From: Anaerolineales bacterium
Lineage (GTDB): Bacteria; Chloroflexota; Anaerolineae; Anaerolineales; UBA6663
NCBI GenBank assembly: GCA_044224715.1
Contig: JBGAJV010000006.1
Coordinates: 74,448 to 138,447, forward strand
Direction of reading: 5' to 3'
DNA: 64,000 bases
Shown here: positions 52,075 through 60,374 of the stretch, one piece after another
Layout: each line of letters begins with the position of its first letter
How positions within the stretch are numbered: position 1 is the first letter of the stretch
The notes under the pieces: generated by a model
What the model saw: only the letters and a program-made list of their open reading frames with translations
Told to the model about the DNA's origin: nothing
Database searches by the model: none
Translations under genes and position numbers: made by a program

Positions 52075-52650
52075 CTATTTCAGTCGGCCGGCTTTGCGGA
52101 GCACGTCTTCGGCGACCTGGCGCATCGAGATGCGCTCGTCACGCGCCCGGCGCTGCAGGGTGTGATAGGCCTGATCCTCGGTCGTGCCGGCCTGCATCAA
52201 AATGCCCTTGGCGCGATCGACCAGTTTCCGGGTCTCGATCGTGTCCTCGAGTTCGTCGATGCGACTCTGCGCGGCCTGGCCGTCGCGGAACCGCGCGACG
52301 GCGATCGGGATCGCCGCGACGAGGTCGCGCTCGTCGACCGGCTTGATCAGGTAGTTCTGGGCTTTCAGTTCGGCGGCCTCGGCGACGAGGTCCTGCTCGC
52401 TGTAAGCCGTCAGGAAGATGATGGGCATCGGCTGCCGCTCGTTGAGGGCGCGGGCGACGTCGAGGCCGTCCACCTGCGGCATGCGGATGTCGAGCAGGGC
52501 CAGATCGGGCCGCGACGTGCGCGCGATGTTCAGGGCCTCGCGCCCGTCGGCCGCCAGGAGCACCTCATGGCCCATCTGCGTCAGCATCCCGCGCAAACCC
52601 AAGCGAATAATGGCCTCGTCGTCGGCGACCAGAATGCGAAGTTTTTCCAA
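52075..52650 (-). CDS. ANTAR-domain response regulator (REC + ANTAR, PdtaR/AmiR/NasT-like)
   Basis: TTG start preceded by GAGGTG. REC domain (ILVADDE, ALLDIRMP) and ANTAR helix bundle RKLVDRAKGILMQAGTTEDQAYHTLQRRARDERISMRQVAEDVL. Confidence 0.9.
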   Translation of the reverse strand: MEKLRILVADDEAIIRLGLRGMLTQMGHEVLLAADGREALNIARTSRPDLALLDIRMPQVDGLDVARALNERQPMPIIFLTAYSEQDLVAEAAELKAQNYLIKPVDERDLVAAIPIAVARFRDGQAAQSRIDELEDTIETRKLVDRAKGILMQAGTTEDQAYHTLQRRARDERISMRQVAEDVLRKAGRLK

Positions 52651-52750
52651 GGCGGCACCTCGTTGAAATCAGATCAAGCGTGCATTCTGGCACAGACCCC
52701 GGCGGCGGGACAATGCCCCATTTGGCGAAGCCTGTGGCCCGTTTCGCGGC

Positions 52751-54370
52751 TCACTCGACGTCGGCCTGGGCCGGTCGAGGCAGCTGGACCGAGGCGCGCG
52801 TGCCGCCGCCGGGGCGGGGCAGGAAGACCAGCGTGCCGTGCAGATCGTCGCGCACCAGGGCCGTGACGATCTCGAGGCCGAGGCTGTCGCTGGGCGCCGC
52901 GGGCATGCCGACGCCGTCGTCGCTGACGTCGATTCGGTAGTCGGCGCCGGCCTGGACGCAATGGATGCGCACGCTCCCCTCGCTGCGCCCGACGAAGGCG
53001 TGTTCGATGGCGTTCTCGAGCAACTCGTTGATCACGAGCGCCAGCGACGTCGCGGCACGCGACGGCAGCAGGACGTCCTCACCGTCGACCTCCATGTGCA
53101 GGCTCAGACCGGGCTGCGACATGTGCTGGCCGCGCAGACGCACGATCCGCTCGGCCACCTCGCGGACGTTGACGAGGCGATAGCCCTCCTGAGCCAGGAC
53201 TTCGTGTACGGCCGCGATCGCCTGCACGCGGTTGACGGCGACGTGCAGGTGCCCGTTCGGGTCGCCCGATTGCTGCGCCTGAAGCCGCAGCAACATGGCC
53301 ACCTGCTGCAGATTATTGCGCACGCGGTGGTGCATCTCGCGCACGATCGAGGCGCTGGTCACGAGCTGGGCGTTCTCGATCGCCAGCGCGGTCTGATTGG
53401 CCAGTGTGGAGAGCAGCCCGATCTCGGCTTCGGTGTACGCGTGGGGCTGCGTGGTGAATGCGTTGAGCACGCCGATGGCCCGATCGCGGACGATGAGCGG
53501 CACGGCCAGCATGCTCACTAGGCCCTCACGCGCCGCAGCCTCGCGAAACGGAAAACGTGGATCCACACGCACGTCGAGCACGGTCTGCGGCTTGCGTTCG
53601 CTCAGGACCAGACCGTTGATGCCCTCGTCGAGCCGCAGCGTCGGTTTGGGCTCGTAACCCTCGATCCGCGCGGCGGCGGCTCGGACGACCAAACCCTCCT
53701 GCGCCTCGTCGACCAGACGGAGCGTGCACACCGCGGCGCCCATCACCTTCGCGGCCATCTCGACCACGACGTTGAGCATGTCGTCGAGATACAACGGCTG
53801 ATTGATCGTCTGACTGACGCGCGCCAGGGTTTTGAGCTCGGCCAGCTGGCGGTTCAGGTTGTCGCTCAGGCTCGCGCGCTTGAGCACGCCCGCCGCCAGG
53901 TCGGCGATCAGGCTGAGCAGCGCGATCTCGGCCTCGCTGAACGCATGCGGCGCATAGGTCTGCACGTTCAGGGCGCCGGTGACGCGGCCTTCCGAGACGA
54001 GCGGAACAGCCAGCAAGGAGTGGAACGCGCGCTCGCCCGTGTAGGGCACGAACTTGAACCGCGGGTCGGATTGAGCCTCGGTCGCCGCGACCGGCTCGTT
54101 GTGACTCGCGGCCCAGCCCGTCAGGCCCTCGCCCAGGCCCAACGAACCGCGCCCGACGGCCTGGCGCGACAGGCCCGTCGATGCCCGCAGCCACAGCGTA
54201 TCGTCATCGAGCAAGTAGATCGAGCACGAGTCGGCGGCCATGACCTCGGCGGTTTTGGCCGCGATCAGGTCGAGGGTGGTGCCGAGGTCGTGCGCGCCCG
54301 AGAGTGATCGCGCGATCTCGCGCAGACCCGCCCAGGCCAGCCCAGGGTCCAGCTGTCGTTCAGCGGTCAT
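52751..54370 (-). CDS. Cytoplasmic sensor histidine kinase, GAF-GAF-HisKA_2-HATPase (PdtaS-like)
   Basis: Two GAF-like domains, H-box EMHHRVRNNLQ (HisKA_2 type) and N-box LVINELLENAIEHAF. No TM segments. Confidence 0.88.
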   Translation of the reverse strand: MTAERQLDPGLAWAGLREIARSLSGAHDLGTTLDLIAAKTAEVMAADSCSIYLLDDDTLWLRASTGLSRQAVGRGSLGLGEGLTGWAASHNEPVAATEAQSDPRFKFVPYTGERAFHSLLAVPLVSEGRVTGALNVQTYAPHAFSEAEIALLSLIADLAAGVLKRASLSDNLNRQLAELKTLARVSQTINQPLYLDDMLNVVVEMAAKVMGAAVCTLRLVDEAQEGLVVRAAAARIEGYEPKPTLRLDEGINGLVLSERKPQTVLDVRVDPRFPFREAAAREGLVSMLAVPLIVRDRAIGVLNAFTTQPHAYTEAEIGLLSTLANQTALAIENAQLVTSASIVREMHHRVRNNLQQVAMLLRLQAQQSGDPNGHLHVAVNRVQAIAAVHEVLAQEGYRLVNVREVAERIVRLRGQHMSQPGLSLHMEVDGEDVLLPSRAATSLALVINELLENAIEHAFVGRSEGSVRIHCVQAGADYRIDVSDDGVGMPAAPSDSLGLEIVTALVRDDLHGTLVFLPRPGGGTRASVQLPRPAQADVE

Positions 54371-54435
54371 GTGACCTTCCGTGATGTGACGAAACCAGTG
54401 GTCTCTCGCCGCGTCATCCGGCTCCGCGTCTGCGG

Positions 54436-54465
54436 TTGTTCAGCCTTGCACAAAGGGTGTACAAT
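54436..54465 (+). promoter_or_regulatory. Candidate promoter (TTGTTC, 18-nt spacer, TACAAT) for the CarH-like gene
   Basis: TTGTTC at 54436-54441 and TACAAT at 54460-54465, in the divergent region between the kinase gene and the MerR/B12 regulator gene. Confidence 0.4.
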
Positions 54466-54486
54466 GCCTTGACAACCTGTGACAAC
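54446..54486 (+). promoter_or_regulatory. Four helically phased ACAA-containing direct repeats overlapping the -10 box (candidate CarH-type operator)
   Basis: TGCACAAA, TGTACAAT, TTGACAAC and TGTGACAAC, with ACAA starting at 54450, 54461, 54472 and 54482 (spacings 11, 11 and 10 bp). Confidence 0.4.
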
Positions 54487-54535
54487 TGCCGGAGTGGTCC
54501 CGAAAGCTTTGGCGGACCAAAAAGCGAGCAGTGCG

Positions 54536-55522
54536 ATGATACAACCACTTTCGAGCCCGGAAACGGCTGAAGCAAAATCCAATATCGGCGACCTCCCGGA
54601 TGTGCCGAAATTCAGCATCAAGACGGTGTGCGGCGAGGTCGGCATCCGCCCGGTCACGCTGCGCGCCTGGGAGCGCCGCTATCAATTGCTCGTGCCGCAT
54701 CGCACGCGGAGCAATTATCGTCTGTACTCCGAACGCGACGTGGCCATCCTGCACTGGCTCAAATCGCGCGTCGACACCGGGCAATCGATCAGCACGGCGG
54801 CGGGCGAGCTGCTGGACTTGCGCCGCGTTGGGCTGTGGCCCGCGATCGTCCCGGTGCAACAGCAGCCGATCAGTCGTCTGCCGGGCACGGCGCCCGACGG
54901 CTATGCCTCCCGGCTGTTCGACGTGCTGGTGCGCCATGACGAACAGTCGGCGAACCTGATCCTCAACGATGTGACGACGCAATACGATATCGTGGCCGTG
55001 TGCAACGACGTCATCACGCCGTGCCTGCATCGCATCGGCGACGCGTGGTCGGCCGGTCGCATTCGAATCGCGACCGAGCATTTCGCCAGCAGCTACCTGC
55101 GCGGCCGCCTGATGACGCACTATCAGCAGATGGCGCACGGTCGACTCCACAGCCGCATCATCGTGGGCTGCGCGCCGGGCGAGCTGCATGAGATCCCGGC
55201 CCTGATGCTGTCGATCTTCCTCCGCCGCGAGGGCTACCGGGTCGAGTATTTGGGGCAGGATGTCAACGTGGATGACCTGCTCGATTACGTCCGCGTGGAG
55301 CGCCCGGCGATGGTGATCCTCACGGTCAACTCGCTGCAAGCGGCGCACGAGTTGCAGCGGGTGCACGCGGGTCTGAACGCGATGCGCCCGAAGCCCAAGT
55401 TCGGTTTTGGCGGACGCGCCTGCATCATCAGCCCGTCGCTGCGCGAATCCGTGCCGGGCGTCTACCTCGGCGACACGCTGTCGGGCGGCGTCGCGAAAGT
55501 GCGCCAGTTGCTGGGCGCCTGA
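54536..55522 (+). CDS. carH: MerR-family, cobalamin-binding light-responsive regulator (CarH/LitR-like)
   Basis: MerR HTH (FSIKTVCGEVGIRPVTLRAWERRYQLLVPHRTRSNYRLYSERDV). B12-binding module with W-x9-EH (WSAGRIRIATEH) and ELHEIP (E/DxHxxG-like lower-ligand motif). The start is uncertain: the ORF-track GTG at 54479 lies inside the operator-like repeats, so the ATG at 54536 is chosen. Confidence 0.8.
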   Translation: MIQPLSSPETAEAKSNIGDLPDVPKFSIKTVCGEVGIRPVTLRAWERRYQLLVPHRTRSNYRLYSERDVAILHWLKSRVDTGQSISTAAGELLDLRRVGLWPAIVPVQQQPISRLPGTAPDGYASRLFDVLVRHDEQSANLILNDVTTQYDIVAVCNDVITPCLHRIGDAWSAGRIRIATEHFASSYLRGRLMTHYQQMAHGRLHSRIIVGCAPGELHEIPALMLSIFLRREGYRVEYLGQDVNVDDLLDYVRVERPAMVILTVNSLQAAHELQRVHAGLNAMRPKPKFGFGGRACIISPSLRESVPGVYLGDTLSGGVAKVRQLLGA

Positions 55523-55595
55523 CCGCGCCACGCTCATCCAGACTTAATTATACAAACCTTATACGGCCGGCCGCGTTTGATACGATGGCGGCACG

Positions 55596-56048
55596 ATGCC
55601 GACTTTTGATTACCGTTTCCGCGTGGCCGCGTCGATCGAGCGCGTCGCCGCATTTCATCGCGACGCGCGGGCGTTGCCGCGACTTACACCCCCGCCCATT
55701 TTCGTAAAGCTGCACCGCGTCGATCCTTTGGCGAACGGGGCCAGCGTCGATATGACGATGTGGTTTGGCCCGGTCCCCGTGCGCTGGGTCGCGCTTCACG
55801 ACCAGGTCGACGCGCGCGCCGGGTTCCGTGATTCGGCGGTGCGGAGCCCGCTCAAGTCGTGGCGGCACACCCATGCGTTCACAGCGATCGCCCCAAACGT
55901 CACCGAGATCCACGAACACATCGACTACGCCCACCATGACGGCTGGCGAGGGCTGTTGGCCCGTGTGCCGTTCAACCCGATCGGGCTCTGGTTCCTATTT
56001 GCCTATCGGCGGTGGGTCACGCAGCGGGCGCTGGGCGCGGCGGCGTAG
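55596..56048 (+). CDS. SRPBCC (START/polyketide cyclase-like) superfamily protein
   Basis: 150 aa. The pattern MPTFDYRFRVAASIERVAAFHRD...WRHTHAF is typical of small SRPBCC ligand-binding proteins. Confidence 0.6.
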   Translation: MPTFDYRFRVAASIERVAAFHRDARALPRLTPPPIFVKLHRVDPLANGASVDMTMWFGPVPVRWVALHDQVDARAGFRDSAVRSPLKSWRHTHAFTAIAPNVTEIHEHIDYAHHDGWRGLLARVPFNPIGLWFLFAYRRWVTQRALGAAA

Positions 56049-56063
56049 CAGGCCAGCTGGCGC

Positions 56064-57530
56064 ATGCCCAAGGCGATCGTGATCGGCGCCGGGATCGGCG
56101 GGCTGACGACGGCGGCGTTGCTCACACGGGCGGGGTGGCGGGTGGTGGTGCTCGAGGCGCACGTCTATCCAGGCGGCTGCGCCGGCACGTTCTTCCACCG
56201 CGGTTATCGCTTCGATGCTGGAGCCACGCTGGTGGGCGGGTTCGGACCCGACGGGCCGCACGAACGGCTGGGCGCGCTCCTTGGTCTCACCTGGCCGGTG
56301 GTGGCGACAGACCCGGCTTGGGTCACGCATCTGCCGGACGTGGCGATCACGCAGTGGGCCGACCGAGGGCGATGGGCCGCCGAACGAACCGAGCGCTTCC
56401 CCGGGTCCGAACGGTTTTGGAGCGCGCAGGAACGCCTCGCCGAAACGGCCTGGTCGCTCAGTGCCCGCGGATTCCCCTGGCCGCCGCAATCGCTCGATGA
56501 CCTCACGACGCTCGCGCGTGCGGCCACGCCGCGTCTGCTCGCCGCCGCGCCGGATGCGCTGCGGACGGTGCGGGGATTGGCGGGCGCGGCCTGGCGCGAT
56601 CCGGCGCTCCGTGGCTTCCTTGACGCCAATCTGTTGATCTCGGCCCAAACCACGGCCAGGACCGCGAACGCGGTCTATGGCAGCGCAGCGCTCGATCTGC
56701 CGCGTCGCGGCGTGTACCGGGTGCCGGGTGGCGTTGGCGGGCTGGCCGAGACCCTAACGACCTGGCTGCGCGTTCATGGCGCCGACGTGCTGACGCGGCA
56801 ACGTGTCTCCGAGATCGTCGTCCGGTTGGGTCGCGCGGCGGCCGTGCGCACCGCACGCGGGCTCGATATCGACGGCGACGTAGTCGTGGCGAACGTGACG
56901 CCGTGGGCGTTGGCCGAATTGCTCGGGCCGGCATCCCCGAGCGGGCTCCGGCGGGAAGTGGTCGCGCGGCCGCCGACCTGGGGCGCTTTCATGCTGTATC
57001 TCGGTGTCGACGAAGCGGCGGTCCGCGACACGCTTGAGCATCACCAGATCGTCGTCGACCCGACGCGTCCCTTGGGCGAAGGCAACTCGGTCTTCGTCTC
57101 GATCTCGCACGCCGGTGAACACGGTCGCGCTCCGCACGGACAACGCGCCGTGACGGTGTCGACGCATACGGCTGTTGCGCCATGGTTGGCGCTGAAACGC
57201 CAGGACCGCGCCGCTTATGAACGCCGCAAGGCGGAGTACGCGGCGCGATTGATCGAGGCGATCACGCGCGCGCTCCCCGCCTTGCCGGAAGCCATTCGTT
57301 TTCAATTGACCGCGAGCCCGGCCAGCTTCGAGCGTTTCACACGCCGCCCAGCCGGCATGGTGGGCGGCTTCGCCCAGACCTCGTTGTGGTCGGCGCGCGG
57401 ACCCGCGACCGGGGTCAAGAACCTTTGGCAGGTCGGCGACTCGATCTTCCCGGGCCAATCGACCGCCGGCGTGACCCTGGGGGCCATGCGGCTGGCGGCC
57501 ACGCTCATGGACCGCGACGCGCGTCGCTGA
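56064..57530 (+). CDS. Phytoene desaturase-family FAD-dependent oxidoreductase (CrtI/CrtD-like carotenoid desaturase)
   Basis: N-terminal dinucleotide fold AIVIGAGIGGLTTAALL...VLEA...PGGCAG and a C-terminal GDSIFPGQSTAGV motif typical of the CrtI/CrtD family. Confidence 0.8.
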   Translation: MPKAIVIGAGIGGLTTAALLTRAGWRVVVLEAHVYPGGCAGTFFHRGYRFDAGATLVGGFGPDGPHERLGALLGLTWPVVATDPAWVTHLPDVAITQWADRGRWAAERTERFPGSERFWSAQERLAETAWSLSARGFPWPPQSLDDLTTLARAATPRLLAAAPDALRTVRGLAGAAWRDPALRGFLDANLLISAQTTARTANAVYGSAALDLPRRGVYRVPGGVGGLAETLTTWLRVHGADVLTRQRVSEIVVRLGRAAAVRTARGLDIDGDVVVANVTPWALAELLGPASPSGLRREVVARPPTWGAFMLYLGVDEAAVRDTLEHHQIVVDPTRPLGEGNSVFVSISHAGEHGRAPHGQRAVTVSTHTAVAPWLALKRQDRAAYERRKAEYAARLIEAITRALPALPEAIRFQLTASPASFERFTRRPAGMVGGFAQTSLWSARGPATGVKNLWQVGDSIFPGQSTAGVTLGAMRLAATLMDRDARR

Positions 57531-57540
57531 CTCGACCGGC

Positions 57541-58116
57541 CTACGCCACCCGAACGACCTGCGCCTGACGCACGATCTCGGCCACCTGATCGAGGTGGCT
57601 GGACTCGTGGACCAGGCCGTACAGGAATCGGGCCACGGCGTTCACCACCGGTCCGCCTTCCCACATCGCATAGGTGAGATCCAGATTCGGCTGATCGGGC
57701 CACAGGTCCAACGACGCCAACCGAATCCGCCGGCTCTCGTGCAGCCGCTGGCGGCATTGCGCGATGGTGGTCACCGTCGTCCAATCGGTCTCGAAGCGCG
57801 ACCGACCGTGGTTCGGGATGCCGCGCGCGAGCTCGGCGGCCAAGAAGGCGGCCTCTTCAGACGAAGCCGTGGCGTGGACGATCACGTGCCCGAGAGTCCA
57901 GGCCTCGTTGGCGGCGGAAGGATCCTGAGCATGGCGATCGTTCGCTTCGGGATCGGTCGGCGCGAAGACGACGTCGGCATCGATGCACTCGGCAATCAGG
58001 CCGAGCACACGATCGTTCATCAGATTCGTTTCGCGACGAAGGACGTCGAGTGTGACGCCCGCCGCCAGTTCGGCGATGGTGATTTCCTTGCGAGAGACGC
58101 GGTGATACGGCAGCAT
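57541..58116 (-). CDS. DinB-superfamily protein
   Basis: ATG at 58116 follows GGAG. Four-helix-bundle-type His-rich motifs ([25 protein letters not shown]). The upstream part of the ORF-track ORF has no support. Confidence 0.6.
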   Translation of the reverse strand: MLPYHRVSRKEITIAELAAGVTLDVLRRETNLMNDRVLGLIAECIDADVVFAPTDPEANDRHAQDPSAANEAWTLGHVIVHATASSEEAAFLAAELARGIPNHGRSRFETDWTTVTTIAQCRQRLHESRRIRLASLDLWPDQPNLDLTYAMWEGGPVVNAVARFLYGLVHESSHLDQVAEIVRQAQVVRVA

Positions 58117-58340
58117 TTTGGGCTCCAGTGGAATCGGCGCAACTGCGCGATTGTACGTCGAGTTCGCGCGCTGCGGGGCGACGTGTAGCACGCCGCGCCG
58201 AAAACGTCTTCTGTCAACACACCAAACGCGGAACAGGTTAATGGCTATTAATCCTGAGTCATGCGCCCTGGCACACCCAAGCCCTGCTAACATAGTGCAT
58301 GACACCTCGCTCACTCGAGGTGCAGGGGGCGAGGTGCAGG

Positions 58341-59108
58341 ATGGCTCGAAAGCGGATGATAGGCGCGCGCGGCTGGTTGTTGCGCGGCGCCACCTTGATC
58401 ACGATCGTGGCGTTGTTGGGCCTGTCGGGTGGCGTGGTCTGGCTGCTGACGCCGCAAACGTTGCTCCCTGAAGCCGCCGCGGCGACTGTGTCGGATCAGG
58501 TGGTGACTGTGACGGCCAGCGACACCGAGATCTCGTTTGTGCCGTCGGTCGACACGCGTCGGACCGCCCTGATCTTCTACCCAGGCGCCAAGGTCCCGGT
58601 ATCCGGCTATGCCCCGGCGGCGCGTGCGATCGCCGAGCAGGGTTTTCGGGTCTACCTTGTGCCCATGCCCGGGAACTTCGCGTTGTTGGCCGCGGACCGC
58701 GCGGCGGACGTGCAGGCCGCTCACCCCGAGATCGAGAACTGGGTCGTCGCCGGCCACTCGCTGGGCGGCGTGGCCGCGGCGCAATTCGCCGCGCGAAACT
58801 TGAGCCGCGTGCGCGGGCTGGCCCTGTGGGCCAGTTACCCGAACGACGACCTCTCTCAATCCGGGTTGCAGGTGCTGTCGATCTGGGGTTCGCTCGACTC
58901 CGCGCGCGAGACGTTTACGTCGGACACGACGCGCGCGCTCTTGCCGCCGGGGACGCGCTACATCGAGATCCCGGGCGGCAACCACGAGCAGTTCGGCTAT
59001 TACACGGGGCAGGCCAACGACCCGCAGGCGACGCTCTCGCGCGCCGACCAGCAGGCCGCCATCGTCGAAGCGACGGTGGCCTTGCTGGAGGCCGTCGATC
59101 GACGCTGA
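58341..59108 (+). CDS. Membrane-anchored alpha/beta hydrolase
   Basis: SD GAGGTG, an N-terminal TM segment and the nucleophile elbow VVAGHSLGG. Confidence 0.75.
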   Translation: MARKRMIGARGWLLRGATLITIVALLGLSGGVVWLLTPQTLLPEAAAATVSDQVVTVTASDTEISFVPSVDTRRTALIFYPGAKVPVSGYAPAARAIAEQGFRVYLVPMPGNFALLAADRAADVQAAHPEIENWVVAGHSLGGVAAAQFAARNLSRVRGLALWASYPNDDLSQSGLQVLSIWGSLDSARETFTSDTTRALLPPGTRYIEIPGGNHEQFGYYTGQANDPQATLSRADQQAAIVEATVALLEAVDRR

Positions 59109-59124
59109 GCGCGACGCCCGTCGT

Positions 59125-60147
59125 TCAGGGCTTCCAGCGGTGGTAGTAGGCGTTCAGCAGCGGCAGGAATTCGGCCGTGGCCTTCTGGTCGCCTGCCGCT
59201 GAGGGATGGTCGTCACCGGTCGGGTACTCGAGCACGTTCGGACTCCCATCGTTATCGCCGTTGGCGATGTGTTCGATCGCGCCATTGCGCACGCGATGGT
59301 GGTTGCCCGTGAGCGCGTTAAGGTCGTTGGTGTTGGCGTTCCCGCCGTTCGTAGTCAGAACCGTATAGAAGTCGAACACGGCGACGTTGTTGAGCGCGTA
59401 GCCGTCGAGCCAGTCGTTGACCAGCCACTCGTTGAAGACGCGCGCGTTGGCCGAATACGTGCCGTCTTGAAGCGGCGGCGCCGTGATGACGACAAAGAGC
59501 TTGTCGGGCCGCGTCGCGAAGTAGGTCAGTAAATCGATGTAGATGCCCTTTGCGTTGGCGACGGTGTGCGCGGCCGCGTAGGCCGACTCGCCCGCCAGTT
59601 GATTGCTGCCGATCGCCGGCGGTTGCGCGTTCGCGTCGCCGCCCAACGCCGAATTCGGGAAGCACGACTTGAAGAGGATGATCTCGTTCTCGCCGCCGGG
59701 ATCGCTTGCGAGCCGTGTATAGCCGCTGTGTTGGTCGCTCTCGGCGTACAGGGCGTTCAGGACTGTCGCGCTGCGCCCGCCGCCGAACCAGTAATACCAA
59801 TGGCCGATGTCGGTCGTGTCACCGATCGAGCCCGGACCCCAACCATAGTTCGTGTCGCTGACGAAGTAGTTGTTGTCGCGCAGGGCGATGCCCAGACCAC
59901 CGTGCGAATCATCCAACCAGGCCTGACCGGTCGAGTGATGGACGAAGATGAGTTTGACGGGCGTGGTCGGCGGGGTCACGTCCAGCGCCCCGGCCGGCGG
60001 TTGGCTGGGCGTCGCGGTGCGCGCCAGGGTCGGCAAGTAGAGTTGATGGTCCAGCGTTTGACTCTGCACCAGACACGCCGGGCTGAGCCCGAGCGTGGCG
60101 ACCAAGGCGATCGCCGTCCAGCAACGTCGCGCAATTCGGTTCTGCAT
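59125..60147 (-). CDS. Secreted hypothetical protein (340 aa)
   Basis: ATG at 60147 follows GGGGGAG. Signal peptide (CWTAIALVATLGLSPACLV), then QTLDHQLYLPTLAR and a Pro/Thr stretch. No family recognised. The longer ORF-track form (to 60810) overlaps the photolyase gene. Confidence 0.6.
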   Translation of the reverse strand: MQNRIARRCWTAIALVATLGLSPACLVQSQTLDHQLYLPTLARTATPSQPPAGALDVTPPTTPVKLIFVHHSTGQAWLDDSHGGLGIALRDNNYFVSDTNYGWGPGSIGDTTDIGHWYYWFGGGRSATVLNALYAESDQHSGYTRLASDPGGENEIILFKSCFPNSALGGDANAQPPAIGSNQLAGESAYAAAHTVANAKGIYIDLLTYFATRPDKLFVVITAPPLQDGTYSANARVFNEWLVNDWLDGYALNNVAVFDFYTVLTTNGGNANTNDLNALTGNHHRVRNGAIEHIANGDNDGSPNVLEYPTGDDHPSAAGDQKATAEFLPLLNAYYHRWKP

Positions 60148-60257
60148 CGTTTCGTCTCCCCCGCGCGGCACCGCCCCCAAAACGACCTCCGCGGTTGTGC
60201 GCAGGGCCTCATCGTAGAGCGATTGCGCGGCCGGAGGCAGCCTGCACGCCAAAAATC

Positions 60258-60292
60258 GTGACGTTCGACTTGCGCGCACGGTGACGTTCGAC
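60258..60292. repeat. 12-bp direct repeat GTGACGTTCGAC x2 (23-bp period) upstream of the secreted-protein gene
   Basis: Identical 12-mers at 60258-60269 and 60281-60292, about 110-145 nt upstream of the start at 60147 (minus strand). Confidence 0.8.
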
Positions 60293-60374
60293 GCGCGAAT
60301 TCTCGCCCTCCGACGGACTTCGGAGGACCGGCTCAGGGAGATTACGGAGTTGTCGCGGTGCGGGGCCTGTGGGC

